Below are positions 30,913-40,417 of a stretch of DNA of 64,000 bases, in pieces. The translations under genes were made by a program, and so were the position numbers. The stretch's first letter is position 1. Every line of letters starts with the position of its first letter. This DNA comes from an uncultured delta proteobacterium (GTDB lineage Bacteria; Myxococcota_A; Polyangia; Polyangiales; Polyangiaceae), in assembly GCA_963696385.1 (NCBI GenBank), contig CAVOKF010000008.1:448001-512000 (forward strand). Reading direction: 5' to 3'. Under the pieces are notes generated by a model that did no database searches, was not told where the DNA came from, and saw only the letters and a list, made by a program, of their open reading frames with translations.

Positions 30913-32121
30913 ATGAAGACCCAGGTGTTCCGCGGTCGGACCGCTTTCGATGCACGCCGGGCGGCGACGGACGCTCTCGGCGACAACGCCGTCGTCCTGA
31001 CCACACGCGACGTGCCTCGCCGAGGAATCACGGGACTGTTCGGGGGCAGCGACGTCGAGATTGCGGCCGCCGTAGCGGAGCCGGCGACGGCGCCCCCGAC
31101 TGCCGGGGCGGCCGCGGCGAAGGGCCCGTTCGCCTCGAGTGCGTACGCGCAAGGCGAGAGCGCTCCGGCGCGCGATCCGATCGCCGCGCTTCGCGCGGAG
31201 CTGCGCAGCGAGATCCGGGCCCTCAAAATCGCGCTCGCGCGACCCGGGTCGGGCCCCTCGAACGACGTCGCAACCGAGATCGTCGCCATTCGCGATGCCA
31301 TCGAACAGCTGGCGCCCAAGGCCGCGCGCGGCGACAAGTCGACGGCGGTGGTACGCGCCCATGGGATCGAAGGGGGCGCCGCCATCGCTCTCGCACGCGC
31401 GACGCGGGCGAAGGGCGACGCGGATACCACCCTCGAGGAGCGCTTTCGCAACGCGCTTTCCGAGCTGGTGCAGCTGAAGGCCTGGCCTCTGTCGGGCGAA
31501 GGTCGCGCCGTCATCGCGGTCGTGGGCCCCGCAGGCGTCGGCAAGACGACGACCCTCGCGAAGCTCGCGGCCCGCGCCCGAATGGACAACAAGACCGTGA
31601 CGCTGGTCGCTTGCGACACGTTCCGGGTGGGCGGCGTTGCCCAGATCGAGCGCTACGCCGACCTGCTCGGCGTGCCGTGCGAGACGGCTCGCGACGCCGA
31701 CGAGCTCGCGAGCATCCTGGCGGCGGTGCGAACCCAGTTCGTCTTCGTCGATACGGCCGGAAAGGAGCCGGCGGCAAACGCAACCGAGCGTCTTCTCGCC
31801 ACCGACCGCTTCGCCGCCACCGACGCGTGCCGAGGCTTCGCCCGTCACGTTCTCGTCTGTGTGCCGGCGGCGATCCGCGCGATCGATGCGACGCGCGTGG
31901 CGCGATCGTTTTCGGCGACCAACCCGACCGCCGTGGCGATCACCAAGCTCGACGAGACCGAGGCTCCGTCCGGCGTCGTCCATGCGACCTTCGCGTCGAA
32001 GCTGCCGCTTTCGATCCTGTGCGCCGGACCGCGCGTGCCCGAAGACGTCTCTCCGGCGACCATGGGTGCGGTGCTCGATGCCCTCACGCGACGCAAAGAG
32101 TCGAGCAAGGCGGCCGTATGA
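30913..32121 (+). CDS. flhF: SRP-type GTPase FlhF
   Basis: GPAGVGKTTTLAKLAA, DTFR, DTAG, TKLDE; GGAG RBS. Confidence 0.93.
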   Translation: MKTQVFRGRTAFDARRAATDALGDNAVVLTTRDVPRRGITGLFGGSDVEIAAAVAEPATAPPTAGAAAAKGPFASSAYAQGESAPARDPIAALRAELRSEIRALKIALARPGSGPSNDVATEIVAIRDAIEQLAPKAARGDKSTAVVRAHGIEGGAAIALARATRAKGDADTTLEERFRNALSELVQLKAWPLSGEGRAVIAVVGPAGVGKTTTLAKLAARARMDNKTVTLVACDTFRVGGVAQIERYADLLGVPCETARDADELASILAAVRTQFVFVDTAGKEPAANATERLLATDRFAATDACRGFARHVLVCVPAAIRAIDATRVARSFSATNPTAVAITKLDETEAPSGVVHATFASKLPLSILCAGPRVPEDVSPATMGAVLDALTRRKESSKAAV

Positions 32122-32834
32122 GCGCCGTTCCGATAGCCGCCGAGGAGCGAGCGAAGGGGACACTCGACCGGCAAGCCTACGAGCATTACCTGCCGATGGT
32201 CCGGCGCGCGGCGATGCGCCTCGCTCGTTCGGTTCCGCGCCACATCACCGTGGCCGATCTGGTCGGCTACGGATGGGTTGGATTGATCGAGGCCTATCGC
32301 CGCGCCGACCCGGCGATGCCCCCGAACGAGTTCGACGCGTACGCCTCGTACCGCATTCGGGGCGCGATGCTCGACTACTTGCGCAATCTGGATCCGGCGA
32401 CCCGCGAGGTCCGGCGCGCATCCCGCAAACTCACCGAAGCCCTGCGCGAACTGGCGAACGCCTTGGGACGGGCGCCCGAAGAGGAAGAGATCGCGGCCAA
32501 GCTCGGAATCGACATGGAAGCCTATCAGACGCTGCTCTTGCGCATCGCGAACAGCGGCATGGCTCGGCTCGAGCTCATCGACCCGGACGAGATCGAGACG
32601 GAAGGTACGGCGCCCACCGTCGAGGACGAAGTCAGCAGGAAGGAACTCGCGGCCGCCGTCGCGGAGGCCATCGACCGGCTACCCGCGAAATTGCGCCAAG
32701 TTTTGGCTCTTTACTACCAAGAGGACTGCACGCTGCGAGAGATTGGAGCCGTGCTCGGGGTCACCGAGTCGCGCATCTCGCAGCTGCATTCCGAGGCCAT
32801 GCATCGCCTGCGGGCGATGATCGGGAGGGCTTGA
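32118..32834 (+). CDS. fliA: Sigma28 factor FliA
   Basis: YRIRGAMLDYLR, LALYYQEDCTLREIGAVLGVTESRISQLH. Confidence 0.95.
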   Translation: MSAVPIAAEERAKGTLDRQAYEHYLPMVRRAAMRLARSVPRHITVADLVGYGWVGLIEAYRRADPAMPPNEFDAYASYRIRGAMLDYLRNLDPATREVRRASRKLTEALRELANALGRAPEEEEIAAKLGIDMEAYQTLLLRIANSGMARLELIDPDEIETEGTAPTVEDEVSRKELAAAVAEAIDRLPAKLRQVLALYYQEDCTLREIGAVLGVTESRISQLHSEAMHRLRAMIGRA

Positions 32835-32837
32835 ACG

Positions 32838-33567
32838 ATGAGCGATGGAATCTACGTGGCGCTGAGCGGGGCGATTGCACAGACGTCGGCTCTCGACGCC
32901 ACCGCGAGCAATCTCGCCAATGCGTCCACGGACGGCTACCAGCGAATGCGCCCGATTTTTCGCGAGGCCCTCGCGCAGGCCGGCGGCAAAGGCACGGCGA
33001 TGCCGTCGGTGACGGCGTCCACCACGACGCTCGACACGACGCGCGGGGCCGTTCGGGTCACGGGTCGATCGCTCGACGTCACGCTACCGGACAAGTCGTA
33101 CCTGGCCGCGAGTACGACGAACGGCGAACGCTATACGCGTGCCGGATCGCTCGCCGTCGCGACCGACGGAACGCTGACGACCTCGCACGGCACCCCGGTC
33201 TTGGCAGACGACGGACGCCTCGATTAACACCAATCGGACCAAAGGCGAGATCACGATCACGCCGACCGGCGAAGTGCGGCAATGCGACGCGAAGATCGCG
33301 AGACTGCGCGTCGTGACGTTTGCCAATCCGGAACAACTGGCTCCCGAAGGCGGCTCCCTGCTCGCCACGACCGCCGGGGCCGGCGCCCCGTCGCCCTCGA
33401 CGGGAGAGCTTTCGATCGGCTCTCTCGAAGAGTCGAACACGTCGGTCGTCGGGTCGATGACCGAACTGGTGACCGAAGGCCGAAACTTCGACGCGTTCCA
33501 GCGGGCCATCGATGCGTTCCACGACGCGGACCACCTGCTGATGACCTCCGTACCGGGAGATCAATGA
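32838..33567 (+). CDS. flgF: Rod protein FlgF, +1 frameshift near 33220
   Basis: GIYVALSGA, SNLANASTDGY, YTRAG; second frame LEESNTS...RNFDAFQRAI. Confidence 0.88.
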
Positions 33568-33905
33568 AGCGATCGCGAGGCCCCGAAGAGCGAAGGCACA
33601 CGCCGCCGAAGCAGGCGCTGTGCGTCACGGCGAGCGACGTCGCGCGACTCGACATTCTTCAAGGTCTGCTGTCGACACTCAACGATCCCAAGGCGAGCGC
33701 CGCGAGTTTGGCGCGTTACGTCGAGCAATCGAGTGTGCTGTCCGCGCGCGTCGAGGTCCGTTTTCGACTGCGGAATCCGAACCGAGGCGTTCCCCCGATG
33801 GTGCAGCAGATTGCGATACTCGGCAATCGCGAGATCGAAAACGTGCTCCTCGAGCTTCTGGAGGACATCGTCACGTTGCACAGCGAGCTCGCGAACGTCG
33901 GTTGA
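33564..33905 (+). CDS. Small hypothetical protein resembling the N-terminal half of an HDOD domain
   Basis: ATGA overlap with flgF; LNDPKASAASLARYVEQSSVLSARV...QQIAILGNREIENVL. Confidence 0.55.
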   Translation: MKRSRGPEERRHTPPKQALCVTASDVARLDILQGLLSTLNDPKASAASLARYVEQSSVLSARVEVRFRLRNPNRGVPPMVQQIAILGNREIENVLLELLEDIVTLHSELANVG

Positions 33906-33910
33906 GGGCG

Positions 33911-34071
33911 GCGACTCCGATCCCGACCTCGACCTCGACCTCGACTACCCCGACCCCGACCTCGACCTTACCCCGACCTCGACCCCGACCTTACCCCGAC
34001 CTCGACCTCGACCCCGACTTCGACCCCGATCCCGATCCCGATCCCGACCTAACCTCGACCTCGACCTCCGA
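33911..34071 (+). repeat. Degenerate hexamer tandem repeat (CCCGAC / CTCGAC)
   Basis: Visible in the intergenic sequence. Confidence 0.9.
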
Positions 34072-34073
34072 TT

Positions 34074-34089
34074 CGGCCCGGCACGTGCA
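34074..34089 (+). promoter_or_regulatory. Putative sigma54 promoter of the GH73 gene
   Basis: CGGCCCGGCACGTGCA, 11 nt before GTG 34100. Confidence 0.5.
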
Positions 34090-34099
34090 TGGCTGATGA

Positions 34100-34780
34100 G
34101 TGCACCCCATGGGGAAGGACGCCAGCCCGAACATCGCGCCGATCGAGTCGAGAACCGTGCGCAACGTGGATCCGTGCCGGACGCCCGTGTCGCGCGTCGA
34201 GCTGCGATCGGCCATCGGCCGCGCCTACCGCCGAGTGACGGGTCAGGCCCCATCGAGCTCGATGCTCGACACGTTGACGGCGCAAGCCTCGCTGGAGACC
34301 GCGAGCGGCTCGCGCATGTACAACTTCAATTTCGGAGGCGTCAAAGGGGCCGGTCCGCACGGACAAACCGCCAATTGCATGACGCACGAAGTGATCGGGT
34401 CGCACGACACCGTGGTGCGGCAGGGGTTTCGTGCTTACGCGTCGATCGACGAAGGCGCCGAGGACTACGTGCGCCTGCTGTCGGGTCGGTTCGGCGGCGC
34501 CATGTCCAAGGCGCAAACGGGAGACCTCGACGGGTTCGCGCACGCACTCAAGACGGCCGGCTACTACACGGCGTCCGAAAGCGACTATGCGTCCGCACTC
34601 CACTCTTTGAGCGGTCAACCCGCTTCCGCCGCGACCAACGGCCTGCGACCGGCTCCGACGACCGCCGAGGCCCTCGCCACCGCCGGGTCGAATTACTCCA
34701 CCGCGGACGACCTATCGCGGGTTCTCGACGCGCTGTCGTCGTCGGCACTCCGGATCGCCGGACCCGCGCACGACGACTGA
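34100..34780 (+). CDS. GH73 glucosaminidase/muramidase (FlgJ C-terminal-like)
   Basis: AQASLET (catalytic Glu), NFGGVKG, FRAYAS, AGYYTA. Confidence 0.82.
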   Translation: MHPMGKDASPNIAPIESRTVRNVDPCRTPVSRVELRSAIGRAYRRVTGQAPSSSMLDTLTAQASLETASGSRMYNFNFGGVKGAGPHGQTANCMTHEVIGSHDTVVRQGFRAYASIDEGAEDYVRLLSGRFGGAMSKAQTGDLDGFAHALKTAGYYTASESDYASALHSLSGQPASAATNGLRPAPTTAEALATAGSNYSTADDLSRVLDALSSSALRIAGPAHDD

Positions 34781-34822
34781 GCTTAGGTAGGAATTCATAA
34801 ATCAGACGCTTCGACGCTTTCT

Positions 34823-34851
34823 CTTCAAGTCCCAAGTAAAACGGTCGTTTC
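34823..34851 (+). promoter_or_regulatory. Putative sigma28 promoter of fliC
   Basis: CTTCAAG-N14-GTCGTTTC; matches the flgM element. Confidence 0.65.
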
Positions 34852-34931
34852 AATTCACTGACGGGCAATGAGCCCCGCGGAGACCACGACGGCCCGCACC
34901 ATCCACTCACCTCCAAGAAGGAGAATTCACC

Positions 34932-35786
34932 ATGTCACTCTTCGTTCAGACCAACGTTTCTTCACTCGTTGCCCAGGAGAACTTCTCCGTCGCACAGACC
35001 AAACTCAACAAGACGATGGAGCAGCTGTCGAGCGGCTACAAGATCAACAGCGCCGCGGACGATGCCGCGGGCGTCGGCATTGCCAGCCGTCTAACGGCGC
35101 AGGTAGCCGCGTATTCGAGCGCATCGCAGAACGCGAACAACGCCATCTCGATGACGCAGACCGCCGACGACGGCGCTTCTCAGATCAGCGACATCCTGAC
35201 CCGCCTCAGCCAGCTTGCGGTCGAGGGTTCGGACGGCACGATGAGCGCGAGCGACTCGGCAAACCTGCAGCAGGAGTTCGCGGCCCAGGTGCAAGAGATC
35301 ACCAACATCGCGAGCAACACCACGTTCAACGGCATCAACCTGCTCGCGGGCGCAGCGCAAACCGCTGCCGCCGCCACGAACTTCCAGGTCGGCATCTCCA
35401 CCGGCGCGGCTAACCAGGTGTCCGTGTCCTTCGGCGGCGCGGACGCGACCGACCTCGTCGCGAACGGCGCTCTGGCATCGTGCTCGGTCAATAGCGCGGG
35501 CGATGCCGAGGCCGCGATCGGCGTCATCAACACGGCCATCCAAAACCTCAGCGCCATCCGCGCTGGCTTCGGTGCCGGCATGGACGCGCTCCAGGACACC
35601 GTCTCGAACCTGAGCTCGATGTCGACGAACACGTCGGCCGCTCTGAGCAACGTTCAGGACGTCGATGTAGCTTCGGCTACGGCGTCTCTCGCGCAGGAGC
35701 AAGTCGTCTCCCAAGCCGGCGAGGCGATCTTGGCGCAAGCGAATCAGCAACCGCAGTTGGCAGTCAGCCTGATCCACGGCCAGTAA
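34932..35786 (+). CDS. fliC: Flagellin (short, 284 aa)
   Basis: LSSGYKINSAADDAAG, NANNAISMTQTAD, FNGINLL, QAGEAILAQANQ. Confidence 0.97.
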   Translation: MSLFVQTNVSSLVAQENFSVAQTKLNKTMEQLSSGYKINSAADDAAGVGIASRLTAQVAAYSSASQNANNAISMTQTADDGASQISDILTRLSQLAVEGSDGTMSASDSANLQQEFAAQVQEITNIASNTTFNGINLLAGAAQTAAAATNFQVGISTGAANQVSVSFGGADATDLVANGALASCSVNSAGDAEAAIGVINTAIQNLSAIRAGFGAGMDALQDTVSNLSSMSTNTSAALSNVQDVDVASATASLAQEQVVSQAGEAILAQANQQPQLAVSLIHGQ

Positions 35787-35811
35787 TCCGCACTTTCGTG
35801 ATTGACGCGCG

Positions 35812-35850
35812 CCGCGCGTCGTCCCTCGCTGGTCGAGGGGCGGCGCGCGG
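35812..35850 (+). terminator. Long GC hairpin between fliC and fliD (terminator or mRNA stabiliser)
   Basis: CCGCGCGTCGTCCCTCG-ctggt-CGAGGGGCGGCGCGCGG; no adjacent U-tract. Confidence 0.55.
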
Positions 35851-35928
35851 GCTGGCGCGTTAAAAGGTCCTTTCGGTCCGAGCGTCCGCTCATCGCCGCG
35901 CACCCCTTTTGCGGGAGCACTTCATTCA

Positions 35929-37284
35929 ATGACCACCACCAGCCCCACCATCAGCCTATCGTCGCTCGGTCTCGGATCGGGCATCGACGACGCGTCGATC
36001 ATCAGCCAGTACGTCGCGATTCAACAGGCTCCCATCACGGCGATTCAGACCGAGCAGACGAACGTCACGAGCGCGTCGTCGACGATCTCGAGCTTTTCGT
36101 CGCTCCTGTCCACGCTGCAGACCGCAGCGCAAAGCCTGGCGGACCCGACGCAGTATGCTTCGACCACCGCCACGTCGAGCAGTCCATCGGTTGTGGCATC
36201 GGCCAGCTCGGACGCCGTGCAGGGCACCTACTCGGTGCAAGTCACGCAGCTCGCCCAAGCGCAACTGACCTATAGCAACCCGCAGTCGTCGAGCAGCAAC
36301 GCCCTCGGCATCTCGGGAACGCTCGGCATCACGGTCGGGGGACAAACCGTCAACGTACCGATAGGCAGCGGCGATTCTTTGGCGACGATCGCTTCGAACA
36401 TTTCGTCGAGCGGCGCGCCCGTGACGGCTTCGGTCGTCTTCGACGGGACGAACTACCGGCTCCAGGTGCAAGGCAATGCCACGGGTTCCGCGAACGCCGT
36501 ATCCTTCAACGAAAGCGGATTCTCGCTCGGCCTCTCGACGTCCGGGAACACCTACCAGCCCGCGCAGAACGCCGTCGCGACCGTCAACAACATTCAGGTG
36601 ACGAGCTCCACCAACCAGATTTCGGGTGCCATTCCTGGCGTAACACTTGCAGCGACCAGCACGATGTCCAGCCCGGGCACGGTCACAGTGGCGAGCGACC
36701 CGAGCGCGATCGCCACGAGCGTGTCGGCCTTCGTGACGGCTTACAACAACGTGGTGACCGCGGGACACACCGACGCGGGGTTCGGATCGACGGCGGCGAC
36801 GAATTCGCTGTTGACCGGAGATCAAGCGATCGGCGCTTCGCTCAATCAGCTTTCGAGCCTCATCGCGTCGAACGTCCCGGGCACGGACTCGAACTTTCAA
36901 AACCTCGCGAGCGTCGGAGTCACGCTCAACAACGATGGGACGCTCTCGCTCGACCAGAGTACGCTCACCTCGGCCATCCAGTCCGATCCGTCGGGGGTCC
37001 AGAGTCTCTTCGTCACCAGCGCGGCCACCGGATCGACCGGAATCATGGGGACGATCGGCAACACCATCACCTCGCTGACCACAGGCCCGTCGTCGGTCAT
37101 ACAGGCTGAGATCAACGCGTTTACGACGAAGAACACGGAGCTGACGGCAAGCATCCAGTCGATGCAGGCGCGCATCACGATCTACCAGACCCAATTGGAA
37201 AATGAATTTACGACCATGGAGGAGACCGTTCAAACGGACAAGACCGCCTTCACCAACCTGGGCGGCACCGGGACCTTCGTGTGA
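35929..37284 (+). CDS. fliD: Filament cap FliD
   Basis: GLGSGID, GTYSVQVTQLAQAQ, FVTAYN, FTTME. Confidence 0.95.
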   Translation: MTTTSPTISLSSLGLGSGIDDASIISQYVAIQQAPITAIQTEQTNVTSASSTISSFSSLLSTLQTAAQSLADPTQYASTTATSSSPSVVASASSDAVQGTYSVQVTQLAQAQLTYSNPQSSSSNALGISGTLGITVGGQTVNVPIGSGDSLATIASNISSSGAPVTASVVFDGTNYRLQVQGNATGSANAVSFNESGFSLGLSTSGNTYQPAQNAVATVNNIQVTSSTNQISGAIPGVTLAATSTMSSPGTVTVASDPSAIATSVSAFVTAYNNVVTAGHTDAGFGSTAATNSLLTGDQAIGASLNQLSSLIASNVPGTDSNFQNLASVGVTLNNDGTLSLDQSTLTSAIQSDPSGVQSLFVTSAATGSTGIMGTIGNTITSLTTGPSSVIQAEINAFTTKNTELTASIQSMQARITIYQTQLENEFTTMEETVQTDKTAFTNLGGTGTFV

Positions 37285-37372
37285 GAGCCCCCGCGGGGGA
37301 TCTTGTAGCATTGCCAACCGTTCATTGGGCTGAGTTCCCGCGGAACTTCAGATTAGGAAATTTTGAGGATTC

Positions 37373-37804
37373 ATGAACCTGCCGACCCAAGGTCTTGCGC
37401 GCTACGGCGCCGTCAGCGTCACGACGGCATCCCCCGGACAGATCGTGGTCATGCTCTACGACGGCCTCTTTCGCTTCCTGCGCGAAGCGATGGTGGCCAT
37501 GGAGGCGAAGGACCGCGCCAAGACGGCCGAGCGAACCAACCGTTCGATCGCGATCCTCGAGCAGCTTTTGGTCGGACTCGACCGCTCGGTGTTTCCGAGC
37601 TTGTGCGACAAACTCGAGCCTCTTTATGCGTTTTGCATGCGCCACATCGTGGAGGCGAACGCGCATCGGGACCCCGCCGGCCTAGCCGACGTCATCCGCA
37701 TCCTGACGCCTTTGCGGGAAGCGTGGGTCGTCGCCTCCGACCAGGTCGCGCGCGATGCGCGGGCGAAGACCGCACCGGCACAGGTGTCGCAGACAACCGG
37801 CTGA
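37373..37804 (+). CDS. fliS: Flagellin chaperone FliS
   Basis: TASPGQIVVMLYDG, LYAF, LREAW. Confidence 0.95.
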   Translation: MNLPTQGLARYGAVSVTTASPGQIVVMLYDGLFRFLREAMVAMEAKDRAKTAERTNRSIAILEQLLVGLDRSVFPSLCDKLEPLYAFCMRHIVEANAHRDPAGLADVIRILTPLREAWVVASDQVARDARAKTAPAQVSQTTG

Positions 37805-37810
37805 AAAGGC

Positions 37811-39443
37811 ATGTCCACCTCGGCGACGTCAGTCGGATCGCGTTCGAACGATCTGCCTAAAGCTCTCTCGACGCTTCTAGTCCAGCTCCACGAACTCGCC
37901 GGTGTCTCCGACGCGATCGTCGATCTCGTCAAAAGCAAGCCCGAACTGGACCCAATTCTGGAGCTCGCCAAGCGCTCCGCCGAGCTCAATGCCAAGGTCG
38001 CGCAAGCGAGTCCCGCCGCACGCGCGTGCGCGATTCCGCCCGGACGCGAAGGGGCGGCGTTGCTGGCGCTGATCAAGGAGTACAACACGCGGATTCAGGC
38101 CGGGATTCAGGCGAAGGACATGATCCTCAGCTACTGGAGGACGGTCGACACCTTCGCCCCTCACTTCGTCGCCAACGCCATCGAGAACCTCGCGAGCGTG
38201 GCAGCGTGGCCGTCGATGGCTCGGTTTCGCGACGCTTTTCGAGGCCAACCGGCCGTCATCGTTTCGGCCGGACCTTCGCTTGACAAGAACATCGACGTCA
38301 TCCGCCGCTTCCAAGGCAAAGCGCTGATCATCGCCGTCAGCCACTCGCTTTTGGCCTTGCACCGTGCCGGAATCGTGCCCGATATGGTCGTCGTACTCGA
38401 GTCGCAAGACGTCCGGTACCACTTCGACGGGGTCCCACTGGGCCCCATCGGAGCCCTGGTGCTCGGCGCGTCCGTGCGACCGGAGCTCTTTGCGCTGCCC
38501 GCGGAGCGGTTCATCTCGTTCGCCGCCAACCCGATGATTGACACCTGGGTCTACGATGGGCTCGAGGAACGCGTGCCGCTGCGCGTGGGGGGCTCAGTGT
38601 CGACCGTCGCGTTGAGTATCGCGACGCACTTCGGCTGCGATCCGGTCATCGTCGTCGGACAGGACCTGTCGTTCTCTGCCGGCCGTTACTATGCCGCGAC
38701 GACCTGCGACGGCGACGCGCGCGTCGCGATCACGCCCGAGGGGGCCGGCCTGGTGGTCGAAGCGAGCGAGGCGTACAAGAAGCTCGAACCCAAGGGCCCC
38801 GAGAACATTTTTTTGCGCGAAGTCCCCGGTTATTATGGGGGGACCGTGCCGACGTCAATGTCGCTCCTCAGGGCGTGGGCCTGGTTCGTCGACGAGGCGG
38901 GCAGGCAGTCGGGGCAACGCACGCTGCTCAACTGCACCGAAGGGGGCGCTTTCATCGAAGGGATGGAACACGTGCCGCTTGAGCAAGCCGCGGAGCGGTA
39001 CGCGCGGGAACCGGTCCAGGTCCGGGCCACGCTCGATCGCGCCGTCCGAGAGATTCGATCGCGGCGCACGACGTCGGCGCATGTACGAGCGGGTCACCGA
39101 AATGCGGACGACGCTCGGCGAATGCATCGAGCGAGCTCGCCGATGCCACACCCTAGCCACGCGGGCCAGGCACCGCCCCGCTCGGCTGACCCAGCTGGAC
39201 GCGGCCGAGCGAGAGCTCACCCGCTCTCTCGAGTCGATGGCGTTCCTTTCGACGATGATGCAGCCAGAATTCCGTAGTGCGATGGCTGCGGGCAAAGAGG
39301 CAACGTCGGTCGGAGAGGGATTGGACGCGTCAATCCGGCTCTTCGACATGATCGCTAAGACTGCTCAAGCCCTGCGGGCGCCGATCGAGCGGGCTCACGA
39401 GGACCTTGAGCGCGCGACCCTCGCCGCATCACGTTCGACATAG
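37811..39443 (+). CDS. maf: Maf (DUF115-like) flagellin glycosyltransferase, +1 frameshift near 39054
   Basis: AVIVSAGPSLDKNI, GGSVS, GQDLSF, NCTEGGA; helical C-terminus in the next frame. Confidence 0.88.
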
Positions 39444-39505
39444 TCGCGTCATGGCTCACCGGCGACGCTGCCGGACACGCCGATCGCCACGCCATTCGTT
39501 GCCGA

Positions 39506-40417
39506 TCAACGGTGCGCGAGCGGCGGCCACTTCGAGGGATCGACCACCGCGTCCGGGAGATCCGGCACGATCGCCGCGAGATCGGCGAGATCACTCGGGT
39601 CGAGAGCCGCTCGCGCCCAGGTTTGGAGGTTCGCTTCGAGCTGCGCTTCGCTCTCCATTCCGACGACGATCGGCAGTGCGCACGTGTCTCGCATGTAGAG
39701 CAGGAAAGCCTCGGCCACCGTCATTTGCCGGGGCCGGGCCCAGCGTGCGATGGCCGCCAGCACGGGTCGCAGCGGTTCGAGATACGGCGGCAGATCCTGG
39801 GGCGACAGGTGCGCGACGCCTTGCAAAAAAACGCTGCGCACGAATACCCTTTTTCCGGCTGCCCGGGCGCGATCGACGAAGCCGGCGCGCGTCAAACGCG
39901 CGTCGACAAGGCTCATCGCCACTTGCACGACGTCGACATCCTGCGTGTCGAGGGCTTCGATCGCCTCGGCCGGATTGCGGGCCGAAATTCCGAGAGAGCC
40001 GATGATGCCCGATCGACGCAAATCACCGAGCACGCGCCATGCGGCACCGCCCGCGGCGAGCCGGTCGCCCGGGTCGTGCAAGAGCACGGCTTCGAGGCGG
40101 CCTCGCCGCAACGCCGCGAGGCTCTGGTCGATCGCTCGGCGTACCGCTTCGGCGCCCGCGATCGGGTCGGCGCCAGCCGTGCCCAGCGGCGCAACCTTGG
40201 TCACGATCGCGAAGCGGTGGTCCTCTCCCACGACCGCTCCGACGACCGACTCGCTTTGTCCGTACGCACGCGCGGTGTCGAGTGTCGTAATCCCCGCCTC
40301 GGCGGCGCGCGCGACAATCCTCCGGACCGCCGGCAGGCCGGGGATACCCGTGCGATTGGCGATTCCGTAGGGCATGCCCCACTGGGCGGTGCCGACGACG
40401 ATGCGCTCCGCCGTCAC
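39506..40417 (-). CDS. Aldo/keto reductase
   Basis: GTAQWGMPYGIAN, LDTARAYGQSE, VRSVFLQG, DPSKW; GTGA overlap with the SDR gene. Confidence 0.85.
   Translation of the reverse strand: MTAERIVVGTAQWGMPYGIANRTGIPGLPAVRRIVARAAEAGITTLDTARAYGQSESVVGAVVGEDHRFAIVTKVAPLGTAGADPIAGAEAVRRAIDQSLAALRRGRLEAVLLHDPGDRLAAGGAAWRVLGDLRRSGIIGSLGISARNPAEAIEALDTQDVDVVQVAMSLVDARLTRAGFVDRARAAGKRVFVRSVFLQGVAHLSPQDLPPYLEPLRPVLAAIARWARPRQMTVAEAFLLYMRDTCALPIVVGMESEAQLEANLQTWARAALDPSDLADLAAIVPDLPDAVVDPSKWPPLAHR

Noticed and set aside
18764..33222. Programmed frameshifting or phase variation in flagellar genes
   Set aside because: No slippery heptamers or long homopolymers; the same pattern occurs in unrelated genes.
33911..34071. 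CRISPR array
   Set aside because: Only 6-nt periodicity, no unique spacers and no cas genes; the same holds for 50001-50176.
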